Origin: Octopus bimaculoides
Taxonomy: Eukaryota
NCBI RefSeq assembly: GCF_001194135.2
Contig: NC_069003.1
Coordinates: forward strand, 37,294,265 to 37,358,264
DNA: 64,000 bases
Direction of reading: 5' to 3'
Below the pieces are notes generated by a model, which did no database searches, was not told the DNA's origin, and saw only the letters and a list, made by a program, of their open reading frames with translations. Positions 1 through 13,911 of the stretch are shown in pieces; the stretch's first letter is position 1, and every line of letters starts with the position of its first letter. The translations under genes were made by a program, and so were the position numbers.

Positions 1-693
1 ATATATATATATATATACACACAGAGATATCAAGGAAGAGCGAAATAGAAAGAAGCAATTAGACGAACAGTAAAGAAATATGAAGAAAAGCCAAACTTAC
101 TGAAGTTGAACAACGAACCAAGAGAATAAAGAATACGACGCACTTGTGTTTATATAGATACAGATTGCTCTGCATCAACACGTAATAAATATTGCTATGA
201 ATGGTGGGAGATTTTCTCGGAAGAGAAATACATTTTCACTTTCTGTTTGACTCAATTGTCACATAAACACACACACACACACTTCGTTCTCTTCCCCCCC
301 TTCCTCTGTTTCTTTTCTTTCAACTTTTGTTTCTTGTGCTTCAGCCCATTTTTTTCACTTGCCAAACTTTGTTGTTATTTTCTCTCGTGTACACACATCT
401 ATACATACCTATGTCTGCGCTGCAATCCCTGTGTGTGTGTGTCTGTATATATAGTGTGTGTGTGTATATATATATATATTCTTTTACTTGTTTAAGTCAT
501 TTGACTGCAGCCATGCTGGATCACCTCCTTTAATCGAATAAATCACCCCAGGACTTATTCTTTGTAAGCCTAGTACTCATTCTATCGGTCTGTTTTGTCG
601 AATAGCTAACTTACTGGGACGTAAACAAGCCAACATCGGATGTCAAGCGATAGTTGGGGGACAAACACAAACACACACATATATATATATACA

Positions 694-849
694 CGACGGG
701 CTTCTTTCAGTTTCCGTCTACCAAATCCACCCACAAGGCTTTGGTTGGTCCGGGGCTATAGTTGAAGAAATTTGCCCGAGGTGCCACACAGTGGGACTGA
801 ACCCGAAACCTTGAGGTTGGGAAGTAAGCTTCTTATCACACAGCCACGC
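694..849 (-). mobile_element. tRNA-headed SINE with CORE-like central segment (octopus OR-type candidate)
   Basis: The reverse complement reads GCTGTGTGATAAGAAGCTTACTTCCCAA...GGTTCAGTCCCACTGTGTGGCACCTCGGGCAAAT...GGATTTGGTAGACGGAAACTGAAAGAAGCCCGTCGT. Other copies at about 13080-13220, 17910-18045, 21085-21210 and 36955-37085. The family name is tentative. Confidence 0.7.
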
Positions 850-3795
850 ATCGTCAGTAAACCATAAACCCGAAATAGAAGCATACTAAATGATAGAGCA
901 GTAGAAAAAGCGGTTTGGGATCTCAGCCCCCTTAAGCCAGGCGCCTCATGGACGTGAATCCCAGAGAATCCCATAAACCGGTTTTNNNNNNNNNNNNNNN
1001 NNNNNNNNNNNNNNNNNNNNNNNNNNNNNNNNNNNNNNNNNNNNNNNNNNNNNNNNNNNNNNNNNNNNNNNNNNNNNNNNNNNNNNNNNNNNNNNNNNNN
1101 NNNNNNNNNNNNNNNNNNNNNNNNNNNNNNNNNNNNNNNNNNNNNNNNNNNNNNNNNNNNNNNNNNNNNNNNNNNNNNNNNNNNNNNNNNNNNNNNNNNN
1201 NNNNNNNNNNNNNNNNNNNNNNNNNNNNNNNNNNNNNNNNNNNNNNNNNNNNNNNNNNNNNNNNNNNNNNNNNNNNNNNNNNNNNNNNNNNNNNNNNNNN
1301 NNNNNNNNNNNNNNNNNNNNNNNNNNNNNNNNNNNNNNNNNNNNNNNNNNNNNNNNNNNNNNNNNNNNNNNNNNNNNNNNNNNNNNNNNNNNNNNNNNNN
1401 NNNNNNNNNNNNNNNNNNNNNNNNNNNNNNNNNNNNNNNNNNNNNNNNNNNNNNNNNNNNNNNNNNNNNNNNNNNNNNNNNNNNNNNNNNNNNNNNNNNN
1501 NNNNNNNNNNNNNNNNNNNNNNNNNNNNNNNNNNNNNNNNNNNNNNNNNNNNNNNNNNNNNNNNNNNNNNNNNNNNNNNNNNNNNNNNNNNNNNNNNNNN
1601 NNNNNNNNNNNNNNNNNNNNNNNNNNNNNNNNNNNNNNNNNNNNNNNNNNNNNNNNNNNNNNNNNNNNNNNNNNNNNNNNNNNNNNNNNNNNNNNNNNNN
1701 NNNNNNNNNNNNNNNNNNNNNNNNNNNNNNNNNNNNNNNNNNNNNNNNNNNNNNNNNNNNNNNNNNNNNNNNNNNNNNNNNNNNNNNNNNNNNNNNNNNN
1801 NNNNNNNNNNNNNNNNNNNNNNNNNNNNNNNNNNNNNNNNNNNNNNNNNNNNNNNNNNNNNNNNNNNNNNNNNNNNNNNNNNNNNNNNNNNNNNNNNNNN
1901 NNNNNNNNNNNNNATATATATATATATATATATATAGAATGCCTCAGAACGAAGCGTCAGTCGTATACAGAGAGCTAATAATTAATTAGAATGTTAAGAG
2001 CTAATGAAGTTGATAACACAAATTTTTATTCCTTTGTCATTCTAATTTCTTATATATGCAGTTATGCTTTAAGTTCGCTTTGCAACCACCTGCTCCGCGT
2101 TCGACCTCGGTACACGGCACTTGGCGTCGGCATTAACAGTTGCTTTATTTAGTTCATAAATAAATTGTGTGTGTGGTTTAGTGTTTACATATTTAATGCA
2201 AGGCGTGAAGTATATTGTGGTGAGGATAGAAACAGTATTGATCACTAACTGATTCAACAAGCTGTGGAGAATCCTGTCTGTCCATACATATATACGTGCA
2301 TAGATGCAAGCATGTATCTATGTATGTGTGTGATAACAGTTTATCAGACTGATTGTTTAATCTTGTGAAACTTGACTTAAATTCACCTGAATATCTGTGT
2401 GAGCGCGTAACATGAATACATGGCTTATAGCTAAGTTGTCTTATATACATATTCATGCTGCTGTATATATATGGAGATAAGTGAAAGTGGGAAAAGATAC
2501 TGAAAATTTTACGAATAAATTAATCAAAATGGTGTGTTCGTTTTTTTTTTTTTTATAATCGATTCGTTGGTCATTTGTCAATTTGTAATTCTATTTCTTT
2601 CGTCCATCCATCCCTCAAACAATAATACTTTTGTTTTAAGGGATGCTCTTAAATTTCAAAGGAAAATAAGTGTCGCTGTGGAAGAATTAAAAGTGAAAAT
2701 GTTTTCCTTTTAAAGGAAAAAAGAAAATATGAAAGTGTTATCACTTGATTTGTAAAGTGAAAGTTTCGTTCACTTTCATGTTTGGAAAAAAAGACACTCT
2801 CCNNNNNNNNNNNNNNNNNNNNNNNNNNNNNNNNNNNNNNNNNNNNNNNNNNNNNNNNNNNNNNNNNNNNNNNNNNNNNNNNNNNNNNNNNNNNNNNNNN
2901 NNNNNNNNNNNNNNNNNNNNNNNNNNNNNNNNNNNNNNNNNNNNNNNNNNNNNNNNNNNNNNNNNNNNNNNNNNNNNNNNNNNNNNNNNNNNNNNNNNNN
3001 NNNNNNNNNNNNNNNNNNNNNNNNNNNNNNNNNNNNNNNNNNNNNNNNNNNNNNNNNNNNNNNNNNNNNNNNNNNNNNNNNNNNNNNNNNNNNNNNNNNN
3101 NNNNNNNNNNNNNNNNNNNNNNNNNNNNNNNNNNNNNNNNNNNNNNNNNNNNNNNNNNNNNNNNNNNNNNNNNNNNNNNNNNNNNNNNNNNNNNNNNNNN
3201 NNNNNNNNNNNNNNNNNNNNNNNNNNNNNNNNNNNNNNNNNNNNNNNNNNNNNNNNNNNNNNNNNNNNNNNNNNNNNNNNNNNNNNNNNNNNNNNNNNNN
3301 NNNNNNNNNNNNNNNNNNNNNNNNNNNNNNNNNNNNNNNNNNNNNNNNNNNNNNNNNNNNNNNNNNNNNNNNNNNNNNNNNNNNNNNNNNNNNNNNNNNN
3401 NNNNNNNNNNNNNNNNNNNNNNNNNNNNNNNNNNNNNNNNNNNNNNNNNNNNNNNNNNNNNNNNNNNNNNNNNNNNNNNNNNNNNNNNNNNNNNNNNNNN
3501 NNNNNNNNNNNNNNNNNNNNNNNNNNNNNNNNNNNNNNNNNNNNNNNNNNNNNNNNNNNNNNNNNNNNNNNNNNNNNNNNNNNNNNNNNNNNNNNNNNNN
3601 NNNNNNNNNNNNNNNNNNNNNNNNNNNNNNNNNNNNNNNNNNNNNNNNNNNNNNNNNNNNNNNNNNNNNNNNNNNNNNNNNNNNNNNNNATTACTATTAT
3701 AAACAGAAGAGATGACCTCTGAATTCGGATTCAAACTTCTAAATCAAGGTGAAAGAGTTTAGCAAAATCAATGGAGACTATAAGAATGGAGACAG

Positions 3796-3982
3796 GTGCC
3801 AGTCATCGAATTTGGTTCAATTACGATTTCGATTTCACTTGCCCCAACAGGTCTTCGCAAGCAGAGTTTAGTGTCCTATGAAGGAGAGGTTGGCATGGGT
3901 GCCAGTCATCGAATTTGGTTCAATTTCGATTTCACTTGCCTCAACAGGTCTTTGCAAGCTGAGTTTAGTGTCCAATGAAGGA
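3796..3982. repeat. Imperfect tandem duplication, period about 103 bp
   Basis: GTGCCAGTCATCGAATTTGGTTCAATT...AGTTTAGTGTCC(T/A)ATGAAGGA occurs at 3796 and at about 3899. Confidence 0.85.
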
Positions 3983-4049
3983 ATGTTACGCGTAAGTGAG
4001 CTGGCTACACCACTGGCAGAGGCCTTGGATTTAGGTCTCACTTGGCTTG

Positions 4050-4890
4050 CTGAGTCTTCTCACACACTACATATTTCCAAAGGTCTCGGTCACTGTTGGG
4101 TCAACATTCGGCAGACTCTCTTTCTCCCATTCATTCTCTTTATTGAGCAACTTTTCATAGTGGTGTCTCCAAACCTATCTCTTTGCAGCCATGTTTAGTG
4201 CAGGTCAACCATCATCCATGTGGACACATTTCTCTCCTATGACATCACGATTCTCTCTCACACACTGTCTTGCAGCACGAAATACCTCAAGTCTTTGGTT
4301 CCCACGGCATAGGACATTGGCAAATCTTTTCTTACCTGCTTCCCCTCTCGCTAAATACACCTGTCCCCTAGCTTCTCTTCTGGCAGTCTGATACAATTCC
4401 CTGCTACCACCGTTCTTCCAGTCCTTCCAAGCCTGTTTCTTTTCCTTAATAGCCCTGTCAACAACATTGTTCCACCACCATGTTATTTTGGGTCGAGAGG
4501 GGATTTTGCACCATCCACAGATCTGGTCAGTGGCCCTCAGTAGGTTGTCCCATAGAAACCTCCAGTTGTCTTCTACATCATGTGAAGCTATATCCCCTTC
4601 TATTTCATCAAAGGCTTTGAGTAATATGTCTCTAAATCTCTGTCCATTCGCAGGATCTTTAAGCTTCCAGACCCTTCTCCCTGCTGCTTGTCTTCTGGGC
4701 AGCCACTTAACCCTGATCCTGAAGTCACTAACTATTAGTCTATGTTGTGGGGTACATTCTTCGCCTGGAAAGGTTTTGGCATTTATAAGCAGCCATCTTT
4801 CCTTTTTTCTAGCGAGGATGTAGTCAATTTGGCTAGTGTGTCTGCCAGAACAGCAGGTGACTAGGTGACTGGCAGGTTTCCTGAAGTTCG
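4050..4890 (-). mobile_element. RTE-like non-LTR retrotransposon (LINE) ORF relic: endonuclease C-end and linker
   Basis: Minus-strand translation: SQIDYILARKK...KTFPGEECTPQHRLIVSDF...VWKLKDP...TWWWNNVVDRAIKEKKQAWKDWK...YQTARREAR. These are typical AP-endonuclease end and linker motifs. Confidence 0.85.
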
Positions 4891-7332
4891 TATGACAGAA
4901 ACATTAAAATATCTGATTCCAAATAAGGCAACAATGAATGAGTGATGCCAAAAGAGCTGTGTCAAAATGTCTTTTTGCATCTTTATTGCAGCAATCAAAA
5001 GAACAAAGCTACAAGTCCCATTAAAAAATAGCCTGATAGTTTAAAGTTTCAATTTTCTAAATTGTTCTGTATTCTAAAATATCATGACCACTAAAAGAGT
5101 AGAACATTGTCAAGTAAACAAATGTTGGCCTCAAAACAAAGCTTATCAGCAATTTTCGAGAAAATGAAAGCCTGCTTCCAAACAATGACTCAACAAGGAA
5201 ATACAGCTTACTGATACTTTGCTATGCTTAGCCATGGACTTTGACTTATTTTACAGAATCAAATTGATATTATATTGTTTATATTGTTTATATTTAGGCA
5301 AAGAATTGATAAGAAATACCAAAATAGTTCCTACCTAAGACAGCTTTAAAATTCAATGTATGTAATCATCATCATCATCATCACCCTTGTTTTAATGTCC
5401 ACATTTCCATATTTGCATTGACAAGACAGAGTTTTATTGATGCATACTTTGTAGGCTGGATGCCCTCCCTGCTGCCAACCCTCACCAGGTTCCAAGGGAG
5501 ATAATATTCCCCCCATGGCCAGGCATTTGGAAATAAACACAGTGCTACAACAAAGAGTTGCACACACATGCACATAGTGGGTAAGAAGACACTATTATAA
5601 ACATAGAAGACATGACCTCTGAATTAGAGTTCAAACTTGCAAATCAAGGTAAAATAGTCCAGTAAAATCAATGTAAACTATAAGAAATACATAGCTTGAG
5701 TAAGTAATAAGGAGACAAAATATGGACAAGCATTTATGGATGGCAGGAATTCATTTATATTATGTTGTATATACATATTACAAGATGGAAACATATCTTT
5801 ACAGCTGTTTCAAAACTTGGTGATAACTTGATGCTATAATGCTATACATAATAAGGCACTGATTATACACAGCAAATATGCAAACATATTATGAACTCTC
5901 ATGGAACATGCTACATTAACATCTTCAAGCTGGAAATGCTGAGTATTTTCATCAAAAGGATGAATGGTAAAAACATATTTTTGCTTATTTGCAGCAGCCC
6001 TTTGTCTTATCTGTTAGACTCAGTTGTTGTACATAGACAGAGATAAGTTATCATTCCTTTGCCTGCAACAGCCAAAATTTAACTATTGTGTCACAGACGT
6101 TGGTTACCCTGGTGACATTATCTACCCATTTTCAAGCCACTAAGTATATCTAAACTAGCATTGTTATCTACTCAGTAAAATTTGTACTGATGCTTTTTAC
6201 TCGTGACGAGTCTGGCTGAGGTTTCTCTCCTACTTACTGCTTGCACACAGCTCACATCTACTTACCTCAGCTCTAGCAGCTCTTTCACTTCACCAGACAT
6301 ACCTTTCTTTGTATGAACATTAATAGTTGAAACCTCAATGGTTTTTCTTTTTACCACATCAGAGAAGAATCTCCTGTTTTAGAAGGATTGAGGCTTGAGA
6401 TATTTCTTCTTCCTGTACATGAAGAAGAATGTTTGGTCACTTGATGATGATGGAGGGGGTTTCTTGTCCTAGCGAGAGGTTTCCACCTAACCACCCAACT
6501 ACTATGCACAGTACTAACTCTATAAGTGTTAGGCCTATATAGGCAATTAGGATTTATCATTAAGTTAAAGCTTTGTATAAATTTGGCATTGTTTTACAGG
6601 CTGGATGCCCTTCCTGTCTCTGTTCGGTTTGTGTATGTATATATATATCTATGTTTTAAAGAGAGAGAGAAGATAGACTAAGTGTCGAGGCAGAAATATA
6701 TGTCCACAGCTGCCCTCTGATCTCCAGACAACCTGACTGACTTTTCCTTAAGGACAGGATTCTAGAGAATCCTTGAAATCTTGATTCCTGACATTATCTC
6801 CCCTTCCCATTTGGAGACGTCGAGAATTTATATTCTATGGTATTTATTAATATAATTTTATTTGGCTTTTGTTGTTTAAATACATGCTGCAAGCTGCTCT
6901 GAGTTATTCTATTATTTCACTTAGTTCATTTTCAATTTTATATATATATATATGAACAGATGACTAGCTTATCTGGTACAGTTAAAAGTCATCTGTTAAG
7001 AGTGTTTGCTGTGACATAGGGACAGTGGTAAGCCTAGTTTAATCAGGTATACACAACATCCATAAGATTATGAAATATGTTATGCATATTTTCGTAACCT
7101 TGAAGGCTTCATGCATCTTTGGATATTATTGAAGTTGTGGATTAGTAAACAACATTAAGATGTTCTTCATCAATGCTATGATCGTAGATTATTTACCTGT
7201 TTCTTTTGAGTCATTCTGACCATTAATTGTGGCATGCCTCACTTCAATATGCCTACATCTTTTATGGATCCATGTTAATCATGCATATAATATATATATA
7301 CACACACACATATATGATGACGATGACAACGA

Positions 7333-7381
<49 letters not shown>

Positions 7382-8218
7382 NNNNNNNNNNNNNNNNNNN
7401 NNNNNNNNNNNNNNNNNNNNNNNNNNNNNNNNNNNNNNNNNNNNNNNNNNNNNNNNNNNNNNNNNNNNNNNNNNNNNNNNNNNNNNNNNNNNNNNNNNNN
7501 NNNNNNNNNNNNNNNNNNNNNNNNNNNNNNNNNNNNNNNNNNNNNNNNNNNNNNNNNNNNNNNNNNNNNNNNNNNNNNNNNNNNNNNNNNNNNNNNGATG
7601 AGCTTCTTTCAGTTTCCATCTACCAAATCAACCAAAGTATGGTTGTTGTTGTTGTTGTCCATTCTCCCCTCGTCAGATCATCCACTCATTTCATGTCTTT
7701 TGAAGACATTGTGAAATAAGAAAGATCCCATACTTGATAAACAGATCAGTGTTGGTAGTAGGAAGGACATCCAGCTGTAAAACAATGCCTTAATAATATA
7801 TTCTTCTAACCCATGCCATCATGGAAAAAAGAAAAAAAAAATGAACCAGGAAATTCACAAACTGGAACTCCTTGTCTCCTAGTTTATCCGGTTCCTTTGG
7901 AAACCGAATAACTTTGTTGCTCTTCAGAAGGCTCAAATCAGAAAGAAATGTTATTTTCAACAATTTTATTTGCCAGCTTTACAACACATACAACCAGGTT
8001 ATCATCTCCTGTAACGGCTTTTATTTATACAGAAGTATTTTTACATTTAACAGTTAACAAGTTTCAAGTGAAATCTCAAAAGGAAAGAAACTTTCAGTTC
8101 TTTGATTGCTTTTTTTTTTATCTGCATATATATGCATGTGTCTATGAGTGTGTGTGTGTGTGTGTGTGTGTATACATGTGTGTGTATATGTATGCATATA
8201 TATATATATATATGTATG

Positions 8219-8262
<44 letters not shown>

Positions 8263-8354
8263 TACATATACATATATATATGTGCGTGTATATGTATATA
8301 TTGTATACACACACACACATGCTTACAAAGTCTATTTATGTATTATGGCTGTTG

Positions 8355-9326
8355 CTATTTTCTCAGTTTTTTTCCTTCTAAAAGATTCTTTGCCACCTTC
8401 TTTTTCTGTACTTCAGTATAATTAAATATTCGTATCATAGCCCTTAAGTGGTCGTCAGAATCTTTCTCATTGGTCAGGTAATGAAAGAATGAATCTTTGA
8501 GGAATCGCAATGTTGCTGCTGCCTCTGTACTTGGTTTGTCCGCATTCTCATAAACTTCGCGCCGTTGTATTGTTTGCCATTTGGCCAGCTCACATTCAGT
8601 CCATGCCAAACGACGAGCTAGTTCTCGTATACCAACATTATTTACGCCTCTGGTAAGTAAAGTTTGCAACTGAAATGAAACATAAACGCATAAGAATTGT
8701 AGCAGGCAGGAAACTGAAATGGAATTATGATTATAATTTTCTAGGTTATTAACCACAACTAGTTACATGTGCAACATGCTCTGATTGGTCTAACCACCAG
8801 TCATCAACAAGTGTCTTATTCCTAAACATATACGTGGTACCAAACTGTTATTCCATTTTTTAAAATCATTAGTTTAGAATCCTAGTTCAAATCCAGTTTG
8901 GAATTTCTCCACATCCAGAAATAAGACACCAAAAAAAAAAAAAACAGGAGATTGAAACAATCAAAACAATAAAAAAATAATATGAAATGTAAATAATAAA
9001 ATATTTTTTACATCTGTAAATGCAAAGTTAATAACATCATAAAATTATAATCTTATTAACTCTAACTTACTACAGCCATTTTGAAAATAAAATGAAAAGA
9101 AACTGAGGTGTAATGGGGACTGGGGCTGCCCTCCTAATTGTGTCAATCCCAATCAAAGGGATTCCAATCAGTCATGATGAAGTGGTGGTGGTGGTGGTAA
9201 TGGTGGTGGCAGTGAGGATTGTGTTTGTAATGGTGTTATTGCACTGGCAACAATACTTTTTACTGTAGGAAGCCAACACATGCATGCACGCATGCACACA
9301 AATGAACAGAAGTAAAGACATAGAGC

Positions 9327-9392
<66 letters not shown>

Positions 9393-9467
9393 NNNNNNNN
9401 NNNNNNNNNNNNNNNNNNNNNNNNNNNNNNNNNNNNNNNNNNNNNNNNNNNNNNNNNNNNNNNNNNN

Positions 9468-9523
<56 letters not shown>

Positions 9524-9892
9524 TTGAAATGTCTATTGTCAAGTAAGTCAGCATGAAATCAGCGAAGCCACTTCGGCAGTGCCAAAAACAGCTGTGCCAA
9601 TCCATCTGAGAGTCCTTAGGAGAGATTCCTCTAAGATGAATTACAGATGGTATTGATGATGAGTGCTGCTAGGGATGATGGTAGATAGATTCCTGATAAT
9701 AAACACATCAAAACTTACATCCTCCTCCCTCTCGAACTGTGCCGACTGTTGACCTTTCTTATACATCTCCAAATACATCTTCTCTTGGTCATCTTCCCTC
9801 TTCTTCACAGTTTCCTGTTGAACACCAGAATGTAACAGTTTATTAACAAAAAAAAATTACTACCAACTCAAACTCTTGATACAATCAGTACA

Positions 9893-9937
<45 letters not shown>

Positions 9938-10950
9938 TTGTCTTGACATTGCATGATAATTGTAAATGAGTGTCTCTGTCATGCAAGCAGTGTCATTCAT
10001 TTCCAACACACACATACAGACAAACAGACATTTATAAATACATCCAAAGACACATACATATATACATACAGACAGAACAGGCATACATACTAATATCCAT
10101 ACAGATATATATATATGTGTGTGTACGTGTATTGCAATGACAAACATAAGCTATGAGCCAGCAATCACCAACTCAGGCAGCCACACCACTGAACCACAGC
10201 CACACCACTGAACCACAGCCACACCATTGAACCACAGCCACACCATTGAACCACAGCCACACCATTGAACCACAGCCACACCACTGAACCATAGCCACAA
10301 CTTGGAAAAATGTAACAACAAAACAAAAAAATAAAAACACCACAACACATTCTGAGAACCGATACCTACCTTCATTTCATTGATCTCCAACTGTAGTTCT
10401 TTGATGCATTCCTGTGCCTCAGAATAATCCAACACCAGCTGCTCGTTCTTCACTTGTAACTCGATCATCTCATCCCGCACTTTCTGTATCTGTTCAGTCC
10501 TTTCTTCAAAAATTCTTGCTGTCTCCAGGCCACGCTCACTCTTCAACAGTTCAATGTCTCGTTCCTTTTCCTCCATCTGTTTGCCCATTACTTTAATTTG
10601 GTTCTTTAGTTCCTTAATTTGTTGGTCCTTGCGCTGCGTCGGTGTCAGATAGGAGTATATATCACAGGGGCTCTCGTGGCCAGCATGCCCAACTTCAAAT
10701 CTAGTTCCAAGAAAATACAAGAAAACAGGGTGTATTTATATATATATATATATATATATAAACACGTTTATGCATGTATGCAGACGTGTATGTGTCTCTT
10801 TCGCCATATAATGAGGGATTACTATTTCGTAGGAAACTAATATCTACTAATGAAAGAAGATATTGAAAATGGCTTTTGTGAATTTTGTTTGTATTACCTA
10901 CTTTAAGAACACTTTTGCATGGTAGAGCTCCCTAACAACACAGCATACAT

Positions 10951-10999
<49 letters not shown>

Positions 11000-13911
11000 C
11001 ACACACATATATGTATATACTAAGAATTTCTTGTCTCTTCTCCCTTCATTGATAAACTACTTAAGCTCTACAACGAACAAAAAATAGAAGAAAGAAAGAA
11101 GAAAAGAAAAGAAAAACACACATTCTCTGAATTTCTTTCAGATGGAATTATTTTGAATTATTTTCATCTTTAAGCAATGTCTGACTTCATAGAATGGTTA
11201 ATTTCTTAGACTCGAGTTATGTTAGGCTAAAAGTTTCTAAAAGAATGAAAATGGTGCTATACATGATTATGAAAGACTAGAAATTCTCAAACCTTTGTAA
11301 TAAGCAAAAAAGAAAAAATTCAATTAAATATGCATATTTTATGCATTTTTTTTCTTTATTCTTTAATTTCAAATTCAAATTTTCAATCCTGTCAGATGTT
11401 CTGAAGAAAGGATTACCTCCCTTGTACTGTCTTCTGGTGCATTATTTCTCAACTTATCTGATGGGCCGTACTGGCAGTTTTTGTTTTTTTCCAATGTGCC
11501 AGGGACCCGTGATATTTCTTAGTAATATTAATCTATACCAGAAACAATATATATAATGAATATAATAAAAGTTGGCAATTTTTTTTTATCGTATATTTGT
11601 TTTGTAAACAAATAACGGAATAGTGGTGGGCATTAGGAAGGGCCTACAGCCATAATAGAAACCATGCCAAAATAGACAAGTGAAGCCTGGTGCAGCCTTC
11701 CAGCTTGTTAGCTCTTGTCAAGCTGTTCAACCGATGCAACCATAGAAAATGGACATGAAATGATGATGATTATGATGATGATGATGATATTATGTATGTG
11801 TGTGTGTGTGTGTGTGATACTTGTAGGCACACATACACATACACAGAGGCATACACACATGTCCTCACAAATGGTATCTTTCCATTTTTCTTTCTTTTTT
11901 TTGCTTCCTTACCTTTTCCTGCTGGAGATATTATATTTTGGCATTGGTGAAACTACACTGGCAATTGACAGACAGTCAGTAGAACTCATGCAGGAATCCA
12001 GAGATTGATTTCTCTGCAAAGATTTTGGTGTTTTGCTCTGGGCCTTTACAGTACATTGTGTTGACAAACTTTTCTTCACCGAAGGGTTTCTATGGCATGT
12101 CTTTGACGAAGTTTTTTCATTCTTCTGAACTGCAAGTGCAGCTAATTCATGCTCTGCTTTGCAACATCTGGCAGACTGGGAGACGGAATCGAAGCTGTCA
12201 GTCATGCTCGATGTTGACTGATTGGTATCTCTTGTCTGTACAGATGTGTGACTTTTCTCTGACTGAGTTGATACAGATGTGAGGCTTTCTTCCAGACACA
12301 AAGGTTCTTCCTCCACTGCTGGCAATGGTGGAGGAGACACAGATGGTAATGGTGGTGATGGAGGTGGCTGTGATGGTGATGTGGATGGTGATGTGGATGG
12401 TTCTTTTGATGGCAGACGCGATGGTGATGTCAATGACTCACATGGAACCATGTCCTCTTTTTTGCAGCATTTCCCAGCTCCGCCCTCATCAGACGCTGAT
12501 TGCAATGGGGTCTGGTTAGGACACTCTGTAAGGTCTTTCATTGTGGTAGAATTGTTGATGGTTTCTGCCTTTGCATGGGATTTATGCCTGGCATTCAACA
12601 CTGTCTCTTCTGCTAACTTCATGATATCAACATCTCCTTCACGTGGAATCACATCTTCCATGATATAACGCACTCGACTTTCTGTTGAATGAAAAATAAA
12701 AAAATGCATTAAACACCTTGCTTTGCTTAATATACTTTCTTATTTTATACAATGACACAAGAACACAAAAACCAAAGTATAATTGATCAATGTGGCTACA
12801 TGCTTAGTTCACACACCTACTGGGTGCTGGCTTTACGTCCATTTTCCATGCTGGCATGGGTTGGACGGTTTGACTGAAGGCTGGTGAACCAGATGGCTGC
12901 ACCAGGCTCCAATCTGATCTGGCAGTGTTTCTACAGCTGGATGTCCTTCCTAACGCCAACCACTCTGAGAGTGTAGTGGTTGCTTTTTATGTGCCACCGG
13001 CACAGGAACCAGTAACGCGGGCCTGGCAACGATCACGTTCAGGTGGTGCTTTTTATATATATATGTATGTATCAGCAAACATGGCTCTGTGCTTAAGAAG
13101 TTTGCTTCCCACCCGCATGGTTTCATTTTCAGTCCCACTGAAGAGCCCCTTGGGCCAGTGTCTTGTACTAGGTCCTCAGGTCAACCAAAGCCTTGTAAGT
13201 GGATTTGGTAGACAAACACTAACGGTTTGATCACTAGATATGTAAACAAAAAGATATGAGTAAGGAAGGAATAAGAATCTTGATGTAATGTATTCATGCA
13301 TCTGCATGTTTGAGGCAATATACTTATAATGTATGTAGAATGAAAGAGAGTATGTATAAAATGTATAATCAAAGTGTGTGTATAAAATGTATAATCAAAG
13401 TGTGTGTATAAAATGTATAATCAAAGTGTGTGTATAAAATGTGTATTCGAAGAGGTGTAGCTTCATTGATGAAATAAGTCATTAACCGAAACTGAAAGAG
13501 AAAAATATTTGAAGGGGAACAGTTTAATACTGGGACAGACATCATATTAGATGGATGGGTAACGAGATAGATAAATATATGTGGATATTTATATAGACAG
13601 ACAGAGGGAGAGATATAGAGACAAGTAGACAGATAATTGTAAACAAACAGACAGTGTGAGCATGTGTGTGAGAGAGAGAGAGCAAAAGAGATAAAGTGAT
13701 AGATGGATAGACTAACAGATTGAGTGTTAGATGGTATATATATATATATATATATATATATAAGCGAGAGAGAAACAGATAAGGAAAACAGACAGACACA
13801 CACATAAGCACACACACACACATGCACATACATTTAGAAGAACAAATCAACAGGTATTTTATGATATTTACCAATGCTGGGTCCATCATTCTCGCTGTCA
13901 TCAGATGACAT
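8355..13911 (-). CDS. Quick-to-court-like coiled-coil protein with C-terminal GRIP-like domain (5 coding exons, 516 aa)
   Basis: Exons (minus): 13911-13872 (MSSDDSENDGPSI, phase 1), 12681-11913, 10700-10370, 9814-9719 (ETVKKREDDQEKMYLEMYKKGQQSAQFEREED) and 8669-8355 (TAG). All introns are GT-AG with matching phases; total 1551 nt. A Ser/Pro-rich N-half is followed by a heptad-rich coiled coil (QIKELKNQIKVMGKQMEEKERDIELLK). The C-terminus TLRFLKDSFFHYLTNEKDSDDHLRAMIRIFNYTEVQK resembles a GRIP domain. The family call is from recalled similarity to Drosophila qtc, not a search. Confidence 0.8.
10177..10297. repeat. 19-bp minisatellite, about 6 copies
   Basis: Unit CCACACCA(C/T)TGAACCACAG, in intron 3 of the qtc-like gene. 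Confidence 0.9.
13355..13443. repeat. 26-bp tandem repeat, about 3.4 copies
   Basis: Unit TATAAAATGTATAATCAAAGTGTGTG. Confidence 0.9.

Noticed and set aside
948-3734. Long ORFs full of X (also at 7227-7714, 24776-25309, 25911-26854, 27470-27816, 37089-37720 and 58472-59167)
   Set aside because: Artefacts of translating through N gaps.
7948-8425. ORFs rich in YI/CV/HT/RE dipeptides here and across the window
   Set aside because: Translations of (TA)n, (CA)n and (GA)n microsatellites.
10151-10369. Hydrophobic Cys/Trp-rich extension of the qtc-like exon 3 ORF
   Set aside because: Read-through past the AAG|GTAGGT donor into a 19-bp minisatellite.
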